A DNA stretch of 64,000 nt from an uncultured Collinsella sp. (GTDB lineage Bacteria; Actinomycetota; Coriobacteriia; Coriobacteriales; Coriobacteriaceae), in contig URQD01000001.1 of assembly GCA_900549905.1 (NCBI GenBank), forward strand, positions 3,486 to 67,485, read 5' to 3'. The notes under the pieces are model-generated. The model did no database searches and was not told the DNA's origin. It saw only the letters and a program-made list of their open reading frames with translations. This document shows, piece by piece, positions 9,199 through 17,875 of the stretch. How positions within the stretch are numbered: position 1 is the stretch's first letter; every line of letters starts with the position of its first letter. The position numbers were made by a program, and so were the translations under genes.

Positions 9199-10296
9199 TT
9201 AGAGCTGGCCTGCGTCCTCGAGGAGAGCGTCCCAGATGGCGAGGGCGGCGGCTGCTTCGGCTACGGGGACGGCGCGCGGGACGATGCAGGGATCGTGGCG
9301 GCCGTGGACCGAGAGCTCGGCATTTTCCATAGCGTCCATGTCCACCGTCTGCTGCTCGCGGCCAATGGAGGGCGTGGGCTTTACGGCCATGCGCCACATG
9401 ACGGGCGCGCCGGTCGAAATGCCGCCCAGGATGCCGCCTGCATTATTGGACTCGATCTCGATCTTGCCGGTCTCGGCGTCGATGCGATACGGGTCGTTGT
9501 TCTCGCTGCCGCGCATGGCGGCGACGGCAAAGCCCATGCCAAACTCCACGCCCTTCACGGCGGGAATCCCAAACGCGATTTGCGCGATGCGGTTCTCGAT
9601 GCCGTCGAACATGGGGTCGCCGATGCCCGCGGGAAGTCCGTAGATGCCGCACTCCACGATGCCGCCGATGCTGTCAAGCTCGTCGCGCGCGGCTAGGATC
9701 TCCTCGCGCATGCGGCCGGCTGCGGCGGCGTCAATGCACGGCAGATCGTTCGTAAGGATCGCCTTGCGGTCGGCCTCGCGATAGACTATGTCATCCATCG
9801 GCAGGTCGGAGATGCCGCCGATCTGCGCCACATGCGCCATCACTTTAATGCCGCGGGCCTCGAGTGCCTGCAGCGCAATGCCGCCGGCGATGCACAGGGG
9901 TGCCGTTAGGCGGCCGGAGAAGTGTCCGCCGCCGGCGACATCGTGCATGTTGTGATACTTCACGCGCGCAGGGAAGTCCGCATGTCCGGGACGGGGCTTG
10001 CGGCGCAGCTCGGAGTAATCCTTGGAGCGCGTGTTGGTGTTCTCGATAATCGCGGCGATGGGCGCGCCGGTGGTATGTCCATCGACAACACCGGCGATGA
10101 TGTGCGCGGCGTCGGCCTCGCGGCGTTTGGTTGCGGTCTCGTCGCGACCGGGGGCGCGACGGTCGAGGAAGGCCTGCAGCTGCTCCTGGTCCACGGCGAT
10201 GCCCGCCGGAATGCCATCGAGTGAGCAGCCGATGGCGGGGGAGTGCGACTGGCCGAAGATGCTTAAGTGCAAGACGTTGCCAAAGGTCGAGGACAT
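9199..10296 (-). CDS. aroC: Chorismate synthase
   Basis: FGQSH, PRPGHAD, GGGHFSGR, AVKGVEFG, NNAGGILGG, KPTPSI, GRHDPCI motifs. Confidence 0.97.
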   Translation of the reverse strand: MSSTFGNVLHLSIFGQSHSPAIGCSLDGIPAGIAVDQEQLQAFLDRRAPGRDETATKRREADAAHIIAGVVDGHTTGAPIAAIIENTNTRSKDYSELRRKPRPGHADFPARVKYHNMHDVAGGGHFSGRLTAPLCIAGGIALQALEARGIKVMAHVAQIGGISDLPMDDIVYREADRKAILTNDLPCIDAAAAGRMREEILAARDELDSIGGIVECGIYGLPAGIGDPMFDGIENRIAQIAFGIPAVKGVEFGMGFAVAAMRGSENNDPYRIDAETGKIEIESNNAGGILGGISTGAPVMWRMAVKPTPSIGREQQTVDMDAMENAELSVHGRHDPCIVPRAVPVAEAAAALAIWDALLEDAGQL

Positions 10297-10297
10297 G

Positions 10298-11617
10298 CTA
10301 TTCCTCCTCGAGTGTGACCTTGCCGCCCAGCAGGCGGTAGTGGTCGAAGAAATCGGGATAGGACTTGTTGACGGCCTCGGCGCCGTGGATCACGACCTCG
10401 CCGGTGGCGCGGCTCGCGGCGATAGCGGCCATCATGGCGATGCGATGGTCGTTGTGCGAATCGACCTCGCCGCCGGTGAAGGCATCGACACCCTTGATGA
10501 TGAGGTCATCGCCGGCAATGCGCACCTGCGCGCCCAGCGCGGTGAGCTCGCGGGTGGTGGTGACCAGACGGTCGGATTCCTTGATGCGCAGACGGGCGCA
10601 ATCGCGAATAAAGGTGCGGCCCTGTGCCAGCGAGGCCACGGCCGAGATGACGGGCACCAGGTCCGGAATGTCGTGGGCACTCATCTCAAAGCCGGCGAGC
10701 TTGTCGGACTGCACGGTGGCGGCGTTGGTGGAGCGCACGATGCGGGCGCCAAAGCGCGAAAGCGCGGCAAGCACGTTACGGTCGCCCTGTGCGGAGCTCA
10801 GTGAGACGCCCTCGACGGTGATTGGGTCGGTGCCGATGGCACCGGCGCACAGCCAAAAGGCGGCGTTGGACCAGTCGCCCTCGACGGCTACGCTGCCGGG
10901 CGTGCGGTACGAGCCGCTGCTCACGCGGAAGTTCGTGACCTCGGGCTGGTCGTCCTTGGCCGGAATGCGCTCGACGTTGACCTCGACGCCAAAGGCCTTC
11001 ATGGCCTGTATCGTCAGGTTGATGTAGGGGCGGCTCTCGATAAGGCCGCATACCTGCACGCAGGAGGGCTGGGCCAGCAGCGGGGCTGCCAGCAGCAGGC
11101 CCGAGATGTACTGCGAGCTCACGTTGCCCGGAAGCACAAAGGTGCCCGGGCGCATGCGGCCGCTCGTCTTGAGCGGAAAACCGCCCAGACCCTGTAGGTC
11201 GCAGCCGGCGGCGATGATCTCGTCCGAGAGCGGGGAGAGCGGGCGGGCGCCCAGGCGGCCCTGGCCTACGAAGGTGGCATCCGCACCCAGCGCGCAGGCG
11301 ACAGGCAGCATAAAGCGCAGCGTGGAGCCACTTTCACCGCAGTCAAGCGTGCCGCCGGCAAGGGCCTTGAGCAGGCCAAACTCAACACTCTTCATGGTGG
11401 GGTGGACCTGGAAGCCGTCCTCGACGGTCTCGATGCGAGCACCCAGTGCCGTAAGGCAGCGCACCGTGGCCTCGATGTCGGCGCAGGTGGTGTTGCAGGT
11501 GACGTGCGTCTCGCCGTTGGCAAGCGCAGCGCAGATGATGAGGCGATGCGCCATCGACTTGGACGCGATGGCGGGAACGGTGCCCTTAAGCGGGGACGGG
11601 GTGATGCGGGCTAGCAT
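10298..11617 (-). CDS. aroA: EPSP synthase (3-phosphoshikimate 1-carboxyvinyltransferase)
   Basis: SKSMAHR, CGESGSTLRF, SSQYISG, EGDWS, LRIKESDR, DHRIAM, KSYPDF motifs. Confidence 0.97.
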   Translation of the reverse strand: MLARITPSPLKGTVPAIASKSMAHRLIICAALANGETHVTCNTTCADIEATVRCLTALGARIETVEDGFQVHPTMKSVEFGLLKALAGGTLDCGESGSTLRFMLPVACALGADATFVGQGRLGARPLSPLSDEIIAAGCDLQGLGGFPLKTSGRMRPGTFVLPGNVSSQYISGLLLAAPLLAQPSCVQVCGLIESRPYINLTIQAMKAFGVEVNVERIPAKDDQPEVTNFRVSSGSYRTPGSVAVEGDWSNAAFWLCAGAIGTDPITVEGVSLSSAQGDRNVLAALSRFGARIVRSTNAATVQSDKLAGFEMSAHDIPDLVPVISAVASLAQGRTFIRDCARLRIKESDRLVTTTRELTALGAQVRIAGDDLIIKGVDAFTGGEVDSHNDHRIAMMAAIAASRATGEVVIHGAEAVNKSYPDFFDHYRLLGGKVTLEEE

Positions 11618-12717
11618 GCGGATGCGTCTCCCTTCTGGCCGAGGCCCTCGGCAATGAGTTCGTGGAAAGTGGAAAGTGGCGTGCGGTCGATGCTGCAGCG
11701 GCCAATGCCGTGCGGAATCACCAGGTCGATGGTGTCGCCCGCGCGCTTCTTGTCGTGGAGCGCCTCGGCAAAGACGGCATCGGCATCTAGGTCGCAGCGG
11801 GTCTTGAGGCCATGGCGGGCGCAGAGTTCCTCAATACGACCGGGCAGTGCGGCATCGCAAACGCCGTGCAGGGCCGCGGCGCGCGTGATGATGCCCATGC
11901 CGATCGACACACAGTTGCCGTGTCCGAGCTCAAAGTGCTCGCAGGCCTCGACGGCGTGTCCGGCGCTGTGTCCAAAGTTGAGGAGCTTGCGCTGGTTGGT
12001 TTCGCGCTCGTCGGCGACGACCACGGCGCGCTTGATGTCGATATTGCGGGCGATGATGAGCGCTACGCGGGCCACGTCGCGGTTGAGCAGCTCCAGCGTG
12101 AGCGGGGTCTTCTCCAGCTCGGCGAAGAGCTCCGGGTCGGCGATCACGGCGTGCTTGACGACCTCGCCGCAGCCGTCAGCGAACTGCTCGGGCGTGAGGG
12201 TCGCCAGGCATCCCACGTCGGCGATAACCACGCTTGGCTGCCAAAAGGCGCCGGCCAAGTTCTTGCCGGCAGCCAGGTCGATGGCGGTCTTGCCGCCCAC
12301 CGACGAATCCACCATGGCGAGCAGGCTCGTCGGGATCTGCACAAACTTGCAGCCGCGCATGTAGGTGGCGGCCACAAAGCCCGCCACGTCGCCCACGACA
12401 CCGCCGCCGAGTGCCACGATCACGTCGGAGCGCGAAAGCTCGTGCTCGGCCACAAACTCCAAAATGGCAACATAGGTTTCGGCGCGCTTATGGGCCTCGC
12501 CGGCTTCGAAGGTGCAGATGCTCACCTCGTAGCCTGACGCCTCCAGGCTCTGCTTAACGGGCATCTGATAAAGCGGGCCCACGTTGGTGTCCGTCACGAT
12601 GACGGCGCGGGTGCCGCCGGCGGTGGTGCGGACGAGCGGACCTGCCTGCTCCAGCAAAAACGTGCCCACATGCACCTGGTAGGGGCGTGCGGTGTCGATA
12701 TCGATAGTAATCGCCAT
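11611..12717 (-). CDS. aroB: 3-dehydroquinate synthase
   Basis: ALGGGVVGDVAGF, PTSLLAMVDSSVGGKT, LNFGH, DKK motifs. Confidence 0.97.
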   Translation of the reverse strand: MAITIDIDTARPYQVHVGTFLLEQAGPLVRTTAGGTRAVIVTDTNVGPLYQMPVKQSLEASGYEVSICTFEAGEAHKRAETYVAILEFVAEHELSRSDVIVALGGGVVGDVAGFVAATYMRGCKFVQIPTSLLAMVDSSVGGKTAIDLAAGKNLAGAFWQPSVVIADVGCLATLTPEQFADGCGEVVKHAVIADPELFAELEKTPLTLELLNRDVARVALIIARNIDIKRAVVVADERETNQRKLLNFGHSAGHAVEACEHFELGHGNCVSIGMGIITRAAALHGVCDAALPGRIEELCARHGLKTRCDLDADAVFAEALHDKKRAGDTIDLVIPHGIGRCSIDRTPLSTFHELIAEGLGQKGDASAC

Positions 12718-12753
12718 AAGCTTCGGTCCTTTCGACCTGGCGTGATGGGTGGT

Positions 12754-13668
12754 CTAGTGGGAGGCCTCGTCGTCGAGCGCGCGCTTAATGCGGTCGCCCA
12801 CGGCAAGGAGATTCTCCAGATAGCGCTGGTCGCGGTCCTTAAGGGCGCGGCTGTAGGCGCCAAGCGATTCGATCAGATGGTCGATCTCGAAGGCGAGCGC
12901 ATCGGCGTCGTCGATCATGAGCTCGGACCACATCTGAGGATTGAGGTGTGCCACGCGGGTGAGGTCGCGGTAGCTGCCGGCCGAAAAGCCGTGGTGGACC
13001 TGAGCGGTCGGGCTCTTAACATAGGCGTTGGAGACGACGTGCGCGAGCTGGCTCGTAAAGGCGATGACGCGGTCGTGCTCGGCGGCGCTCGTTACGCTGA
13101 ACTTGCCAAAGCCCAGGGGACGTACCATCTCGCGCACCTGGCCCAAAAGCTCCAGCTTGAGTGCGTCGTCCACTGCGGGCGGTACAAGCACGAGCGGTGC
13201 GTCCTGGAACAGGTCGGCGCGGGAATGCGCGTAGCCCGAGAACTGCGTGCCCGCCATGGGGTGCGCGCCCACAAAGTAAAAACCGTGCTCGCGGGCAAGC
13301 TCAAAGGCGCGCTCGCACACGATGCCCTTGACGCCTACGGTGTCGATCACCACGGGGCCCATGATGGCCTCGGTGTCGGTGGCGTCGGCGAGTGCCTGGG
13401 CGTGCGCCTCGAGCCACTCGATGCAGGCCTCGGGGTAGCATGCCAGGACGATGATGTCGCACTCGCCGAGCGTCTCGTCGTTGAGCTCGCCGGCAACGGT
13501 GCCCATGCTGGCGGCCGTCATGACGTCGTCATCGGGGTCCCAGGCCAGCACACGGATGCCCGCCTGCGCATAGCCGCGGGCAAAACTGCCGCCGATGAGG
13601 CCCAGGCCCACGATGCCGGCGCACTTGGGGCCACCCTGGTTAACGCGTGCGTTTCTCACCGTGCCCAT
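12754..13668 (-). CDS. tyrA: Prephenate dehydrogenase
   Basis: GLGLIGGS Rossmann motif; HPMAG; HD.VIAFTSQLAH; GSYRDLTRVA. Confidence 0.93.
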   Translation of the reverse strand: MGTVRNARVNQGGPKCAGIVGLGLIGGSFARGYAQAGIRVLAWDPDDDVMTAASMGTVAGELNDETLGECDIIVLACYPEACIEWLEAHAQALADATDTEAIMGPVVIDTVGVKGIVCERAFELAREHGFYFVGAHPMAGTQFSGYAHSRADLFQDAPLVLVPPAVDDALKLELLGQVREMVRPLGFGKFSVTSAAEHDRVIAFTSQLAHVVSNAYVKSPTAQVHHGFSAGSYRDLTRVAHLNPQMWSELMIDDADALAFEIDHLIESLGAYSRALKDRDQRYLENLLAVGDRIKRALDDEASH

Positions 13669-13671
13669 GGG

Positions 13672-14697
13672 CTACTCCTGAACGGTCTCTTGGCAGACGA
13701 CCTCGCGGATGGCGCGGATGCGGCGCATGGTGTCGTCGAACTGGTCGGGGGTGAGGGCCTGAGCGCCGTCGGACCAAGCATGGCTCGGGTCGTCGTGGAC
13801 CTCGATCTCCAGACCGTTGGCGCCGCAGGCGGTCGCCGCGAGCGCCATAGGCTCAACGGAGCGCGTGTAGCCGGTGGCGTGGCTGGGGTCGGCAACGACG
13901 GGCAGGTGCGACAGGTGGTGGAGCACCGGCACGGCGTTGAGGTCGAAGGTGTTGCGGGTGCGGGTCTCGAAGGTGCGGATACCGCGCTCACACAGGATGA
14001 CGTTGTCGTTGCCCTCGCTCATGATGTACTCGGCAGCCATGAGCAGCTCATCGATCGTGCCGGACATGCCGCGCTTAAGCAAGATTGGAGTCTTGGTCTT
14101 GCCGACCTCTTTGAGCAGAGGGAAGTTCTGGGCGTTGCGGGCGCCGATCTGCATGACGTCGATCTTCTTGTCCAGGAAGACCTGCACGTCGCGTGGGTCC
14201 ATGATCTCGGTGACGATCGGCATATCGAGCTCGGCAGACGCCTCGCACAGCAGGTCCAGGCCGGCGGGGCCCATGCCCTGGTAGGCGTACGGGGAAGTGC
14301 GGGGCTTGTAGGCACCGCCGCGCAGCATCGTGGCACCGGCGGCTTTCACGCGGCGGGCGATGCGGATGAGGTTCTCGCCCTCGACGGAGCACGGGCCGGC
14401 GATGACCTGGAACTGATCGCCGCCGATCTTGACGCCGTGGCCGCAGTCGATGACGGAGTCCTCGGGGTGGAACTTGCGGTTGGCGCGCTTGAACGGCTCG
14501 GAGACGCGCTGCACGCGCTCGACGACGTCCATGGACTCGAGCAGGAACGGGTCGATCTTGGTCGTATCGCCCACCAGGCCGATGATCGTCTCGTTCTCGC
14601 CGCGCGAGACGTCGGTCTTCAGGCCCTTTTTCTCAATCCAGCTGACGATATGGCTGACGGCCTCGTCGCTGGCGCTCTGCTTTAAAATTGCAATCAT
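13672..14697 (-). CDS. aroF: DAHP synthase, type I-beta with N-terminal regulatory (ACT-like) domain
   Basis: IAGPCSVE, RGGAYKPRTSPY, QIGARNAQN, LLKRG, CERGIR, DPSH motifs; ATG at 14697 after GAGGTGAGAGG. Confidence 0.96.
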   Translation of the reverse strand: MIAILKQSASDEAVSHIVSWIEKKGLKTDVSRGENETIIGLVGDTTKIDPFLLESMDVVERVQRVSEPFKRANRKFHPEDSVIDCGHGVKIGGDQFQVIAGPCSVEGENLIRIARRVKAAGATMLRGGAYKPRTSPYAYQGMGPAGLDLLCEASAELDMPIVTEIMDPRDVQVFLDKKIDVMQIGARNAQNFPLLKEVGKTKTPILLKRGMSGTIDELLMAAEYIMSEGNDNVILCERGIRTFETRTRNTFDLNAVPVLHHLSHLPVVADPSHATGYTRSVEPMALAATACGANGLEIEVHDDPSHAWSDGAQALTPDQFDDTMRRIRAIREVVCQETVQE

Positions 14698-14725
14698 GGT
14701 GTGCCTCTCACCTCGATGGATAACC

Positions 14726-14770
14726 CTAGTAAAAACGGCCCGCATCGCGAGCCGTGTATATATGGTGCAT
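14726..14770 (-). CDS. Candidate leaderless leader peptide MHHIYTARDAGRFY of the aro operon
   Basis: ATG CAC CAT ATA TAC ACG GCT CGC GAT GCG GGC CGT TTT TAC TAG. Starts 8 nt after a TAGTAT -10-like hexamer with no SD and ends 28 nt before aroF. Confidence 0.5.
   Translation of the reverse strand: MHHIYTARDAGRFY
14731..14755 (-). terminator. Candidate attenuator terminator in the aro leader
   Basis: ACGGCTCGC-GAT-GCGGGCCGT 9-bp stem followed by TTTT on the minus strand, between the promoter and aroF. Confidence 0.6.
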
Positions 14771-14778
14771 GAGAGTTT

Positions 14779-14807
14779 ATACTATCTGATTCGCTTTTGC
14801 CTTCTAA
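14779..14807 (-). promoter_or_regulatory. Putative sigma-70 promoter of the aro operon
   Basis: TTAGAA-17nt-TAGTAT on the minus strand; an overlapping TATAAA is an alternative -10. Confidence 0.4.
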
Positions 14808-14860
14808 AGTGAGCCGTTGCGCCGCGTCTTCCTCGGAATTGCAAAGCTTTTTCTTTTATT

Positions 14861-14890
14861 TTGATAGCCCGTGGTGCACTTGGGTATAAT
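14861..14890 (+). promoter_or_regulatory. Sigma-70 promoter of tRNA-Arg(CCG)
   Basis: TTGATA-18nt-TATAAT with an AT-rich tract upstream, 11 nt before the tRNA. Confidence 0.7.
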
Positions 14891-14901
14891 GCCAAACGTT
14901 G

Positions 14902-14978
14902 GCCCTATTAGCTCAGGGGATTAGAGCGTCTGCCTCCGGAGCAGAAGGCCGTTGGTTCGAATCCAACATGGGGCACCA
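14902..14978 (+). tRNA. tRNA-Arg (anticodon CCG), CCA encoded
   Basis: Acceptor GCCCTAT/ATGGGGC; anticodon arm TCTGC-CT-CCG-GA-GCAGA; GGTTCGAATCC; ends ACCA. Confidence 0.95.
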
Positions 14979-14989
14979 TCGAACGTAAG

Positions 14990-15026
14990 ACCGTCCGAAC
15001 CTCGCATGGTCCGGGCGGTTTTTCTT
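14990..15026 (+). terminator. Probable terminator after tRNA-Arg(CCG)
   Basis: ACCGTCCG...CGGGCGGT hairpin followed by TTTTCTT. Confidence 0.6.
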
Positions 15027-15054
15027 ATACCGACGCGACGTGATGGGACGTGGT

Positions 15055-17772
15055 ATGGCAGCAACGGATATCGAGCGCGGACTCTCGACCGCCGAGGTCG
15101 AGGAGCGCATCGCCGCCGGTAAGATCAACCGCAACATGGAGCTCAAGACCAAGTCGGTCCGCGAGCTCATCATCGAGAACCTCTGCACGCTGTTCAATTT
15201 GATCAACGTGATCTTGGCGTTCCTGGTCATTTTGACCGGTTCGTTTAAGAATCTGACGTTCCTGTTCGTGGTGTTCCTCAATACCGCTATTGGCGTCATT
15301 CAGTCCATGCGTTCCAAGAAGATGGTCGATAAGCTCACGCTGCTGACCTCCAAGAAGGCCATCGCGGTGCGCGACGGCTCCGAGGTGGAGCTCGACCTGG
15401 ACCAGATCGTGCTCGACGACATCATCCGCCTGGGGCGCGGCGACCAGATCCCCGCTGACGCCGTGGTGGTTTCGGGCGAGGCGCTCGTGAACGAGAGCCT
15501 GCTGACGGGCGAGAGCGATCTTATTAAGAAACAGCCCGGTTCCGAGCTCATGAGCGGCAGCTTTATCGACTCGGGTCTGCTGCGCGCCCGCGTGATCCAT
15601 GTCGGCGCCGACAACTACGTGGCCAAAATTAATAACGAGGCCAAGTACGTCAAAAAGGTCAATTCCGAGATCATGAACGCGCTTAACGCCATCGTGCGCT
15701 TTGCGAGCATCATCATGATCCCGCTCGGTTTGGCGTTGTTTGCCTCGAGCGTGAGCGAGCTGTGGGATGCCGCGGGAACCCCAGGCAATAGCGCGCTTTC
15801 GTGGTGCTTCTCCGAGCTGTTGGCTGGTCATGTGCCTTCGTCGGCGCTGCTGTCCACGGTGGGCGCCCTGCTGGGCATGATCCCGCAAGGCCTGGTGCTG
15901 CTGACCTCGTCGGTGCTCGCCATCGCCACGGTGCGCCTGGCCCGCCGCAAGGTACTCGCGCAGCAGCTCTACTGCATTGAGACGCTCGCGCGCGTCGACG
16001 TGCTGTGCCTGGACAAGACGGGCACCATCACGTCGGGCCGCATGGAGGTCGAGGGTACCTATCCGCTGCCGGTCGAGGGTATGGGTGCGGGGGAGGGCGA
16101 CGCCGCCGTTCCCGTCGATACCACGGTGCTCGATTTTGCGCTGGCTAACGTCGCACGTGCGACCTCGGCCGATGCCAACGAGACCTGTCAGGCGCTGCTC
16201 AACTATTACGCCGACCGTCCGGTCGAGGTGTCCGAGCCGCTGTCGGTCATTCCGTTCTCGTCTTCCAAAAAGTGGAGCGGCGCGTCGTTTGCACAGGGCT
16301 CATATGTGATGGGTGCGGCGCAGTTTGTGCTCTCTGATCGTGCGTTTGCCCAGGTCGAGAACCGTGTCGCCGAGCTTGCCGATACCTGCCGCGTGCTCGT
16401 GGTGGCGCTCGTGGACGGCTTTACGCCCGATGGCGATATGGTGGGCGAGGCCGAGCCCGTGGGCTTTGTGACCATCCGCGACGAGATTCGTACCTCGGCG
16501 GCCGAGACCATCGGCTACTTTAACGAGCAGGGCGTGACCCTCAACGTGATCAGTGGCGACGACCCGCGTACGGTGTCGTCGATCGCACGCGTGGTGGGCG
16601 TGCCGGGGGCGGACGCTTATGTGGACGCCACGACGCTCGATACGCCGGCCAAGCTCGATGCCGCAGTGGACCGCTACCATGTCTTTGGTCGTGTGACCCC
16701 GCAGCAGAAGCGCGAGCTCGTGCAGGCACTCAAGCGCCGCGAGCACACCGTGGCCATGACGGGCGACGGCGTCAACGACGTGCTGGCGCTCAAGGAGGCC
16801 GACTGCTCCGTCGCCATGGCGGCCGGCTCCGATGCCGCGCGTAACGTGGCCGAGATCGTACTTGTCGACAACGACTTTGCCTCGATGCCCGCCGTGGTGG
16901 CCGAGGGCCGTCGCTCCATCAACAACCTGCAGCGTTCGGCTTCGCTGTTCTTGACCAAGACGCTGTTCTCGATGGGCCTGGCGGCGCTGTGCATCGCGCT
17001 GCCGCCGTACCCTTTCGAGCCGATTCAGATGACGCTCATCAACTTCTTCTGCATTGGCGCGCCGGGCTTTGTCTTGGGCCTGGAGCCCAACAATGCTCGC
17101 GTGAAGGGGTCGTTCCTGACGAACGTGCTCAAGCGGGCGCTGCCGGCGTCGATTGCGGTCATTTTGGCCGCGGCGCTCGATATCTTTGTGGCGCGCGTGT
17201 TTGGCTTTAACCAGCTCACGCTGTCTACGATGTGCCTGCTTACGTCGTGCGCGGCGAGCGTCAGCCTGATCTGGCGCATCTCGCAGCCTCTCACGCCCTT
17301 GCGCGTGGTGCTCTTTGTGTTTGTAGTCGCTGGCATCTTGGTGGGCGTTATCGGATTCCCGGAGCTGCTGTCTATTGCTAACCTGTCGATGGGCCAGATG
17401 GTTATCTTGGCTGTCATCGTGGTCTTTACCTGCTCGGTGTTTTTTAAGCTCGCCACGATGATGGATTCGCTCAAGCCGCGTCGTCGTCATGCCGCAACTG
17501 GTTTTGGCCGCGGTGTTCGCGTCCGCCTGGGTCGCGGTGGCGGCAAGGTGAGCTCGACGGGTTCGACGGCGGAGCGTTTTGCCAAGCGCGTCGCCGCCGA
17601 CATGGCGCAGCGCCGCGAAGCTCGCACCGTTCGTGAGGCCGAGGCCCGCGCACTCGAGGGCGTGGCCCAGGCCCAGCCCAAGAAAAAGAAGCCCACGGGC
17701 GCCAAGCGCTCCCGCGTAACCAAGTCCGCCCAAGGCATCAAAGTTTCGATGCCAAGCAAAAAGAAGAAGTAG
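15055..17772 (+). CDS. Cation-transporting P-type ATPase (CtpE-like) with a basic C-terminal tail
   Basis: ESLLTGES, IPQGL, DKTGT phosphorylation site, ISGDD, TGDGVNDVLALK; multiple TM segments. Confidence 0.92.
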   Translation: MAATDIERGLSTAEVEERIAAGKINRNMELKTKSVRELIIENLCTLFNLINVILAFLVILTGSFKNLTFLFVVFLNTAIGVIQSMRSKKMVDKLTLLTSKKAIAVRDGSEVELDLDQIVLDDIIRLGRGDQIPADAVVVSGEALVNESLLTGESDLIKKQPGSELMSGSFIDSGLLRARVIHVGADNYVAKINNEAKYVKKVNSEIMNALNAIVRFASIIMIPLGLALFASSVSELWDAAGTPGNSALSWCFSELLAGHVPSSALLSTVGALLGMIPQGLVLLTSSVLAIATVRLARRKVLAQQLYCIETLARVDVLCLDKTGTITSGRMEVEGTYPLPVEGMGAGEGDAAVPVDTTVLDFALANVARATSADANETCQALLNYYADRPVEVSEPLSVIPFSSSKKWSGASFAQGSYVMGAAQFVLSDRAFAQVENRVAELADTCRVLVVALVDGFTPDGDMVGEAEPVGFVTIRDEIRTSAAETIGYFNEQGVTLNVISGDDPRTVSSIARVVGVPGADAYVDATTLDTPAKLDAAVDRYHVFGRVTPQQKRELVQALKRREHTVAMTGDGVNDVLALKEADCSVAMAAGSDAARNVAEIVLVDNDFASMPAVVAEGRRSINNLQRSASLFLTKTLFSMGLAALCIALPPYPFEPIQMTLINFFCIGAPGFVLGLEPNNARVKGSFLTNVLKRALPASIAVILAAALDIFVARVFGFNQLTLSTMCLLTSCAASVSLIWRISQPLTPLRVVLFVFVVAGILVGVIGFPELLSIANLSMGQMVILAVIVVFTCSVFFKLATMMDSLKPRRRHAATGFGRGVRVRLGRGGGKVSSTGSTAERFAKRVAADMAQRREARTVREAEARALEGVAQAQPKKKKPTGAKRSRVTKSAQGIKVSMPSKKKK

Positions 17773-17875
17773 CTACGCGCCCTGGCGATGTTGAATTGGT
17801 GCCTTGCTCCTGTGGGGCCGTGGCGATGTTATGCTCTAACCTCGATTGTTTGAATTGCTTCGAAAAGAGGATGCC

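Noticed and set aside
17783..17830. TGGCGATGTT repeated twice upstream of the Zn-ribbon gene
   Set aside because: Only two 10-nt copies with no other support; plausible by chance.
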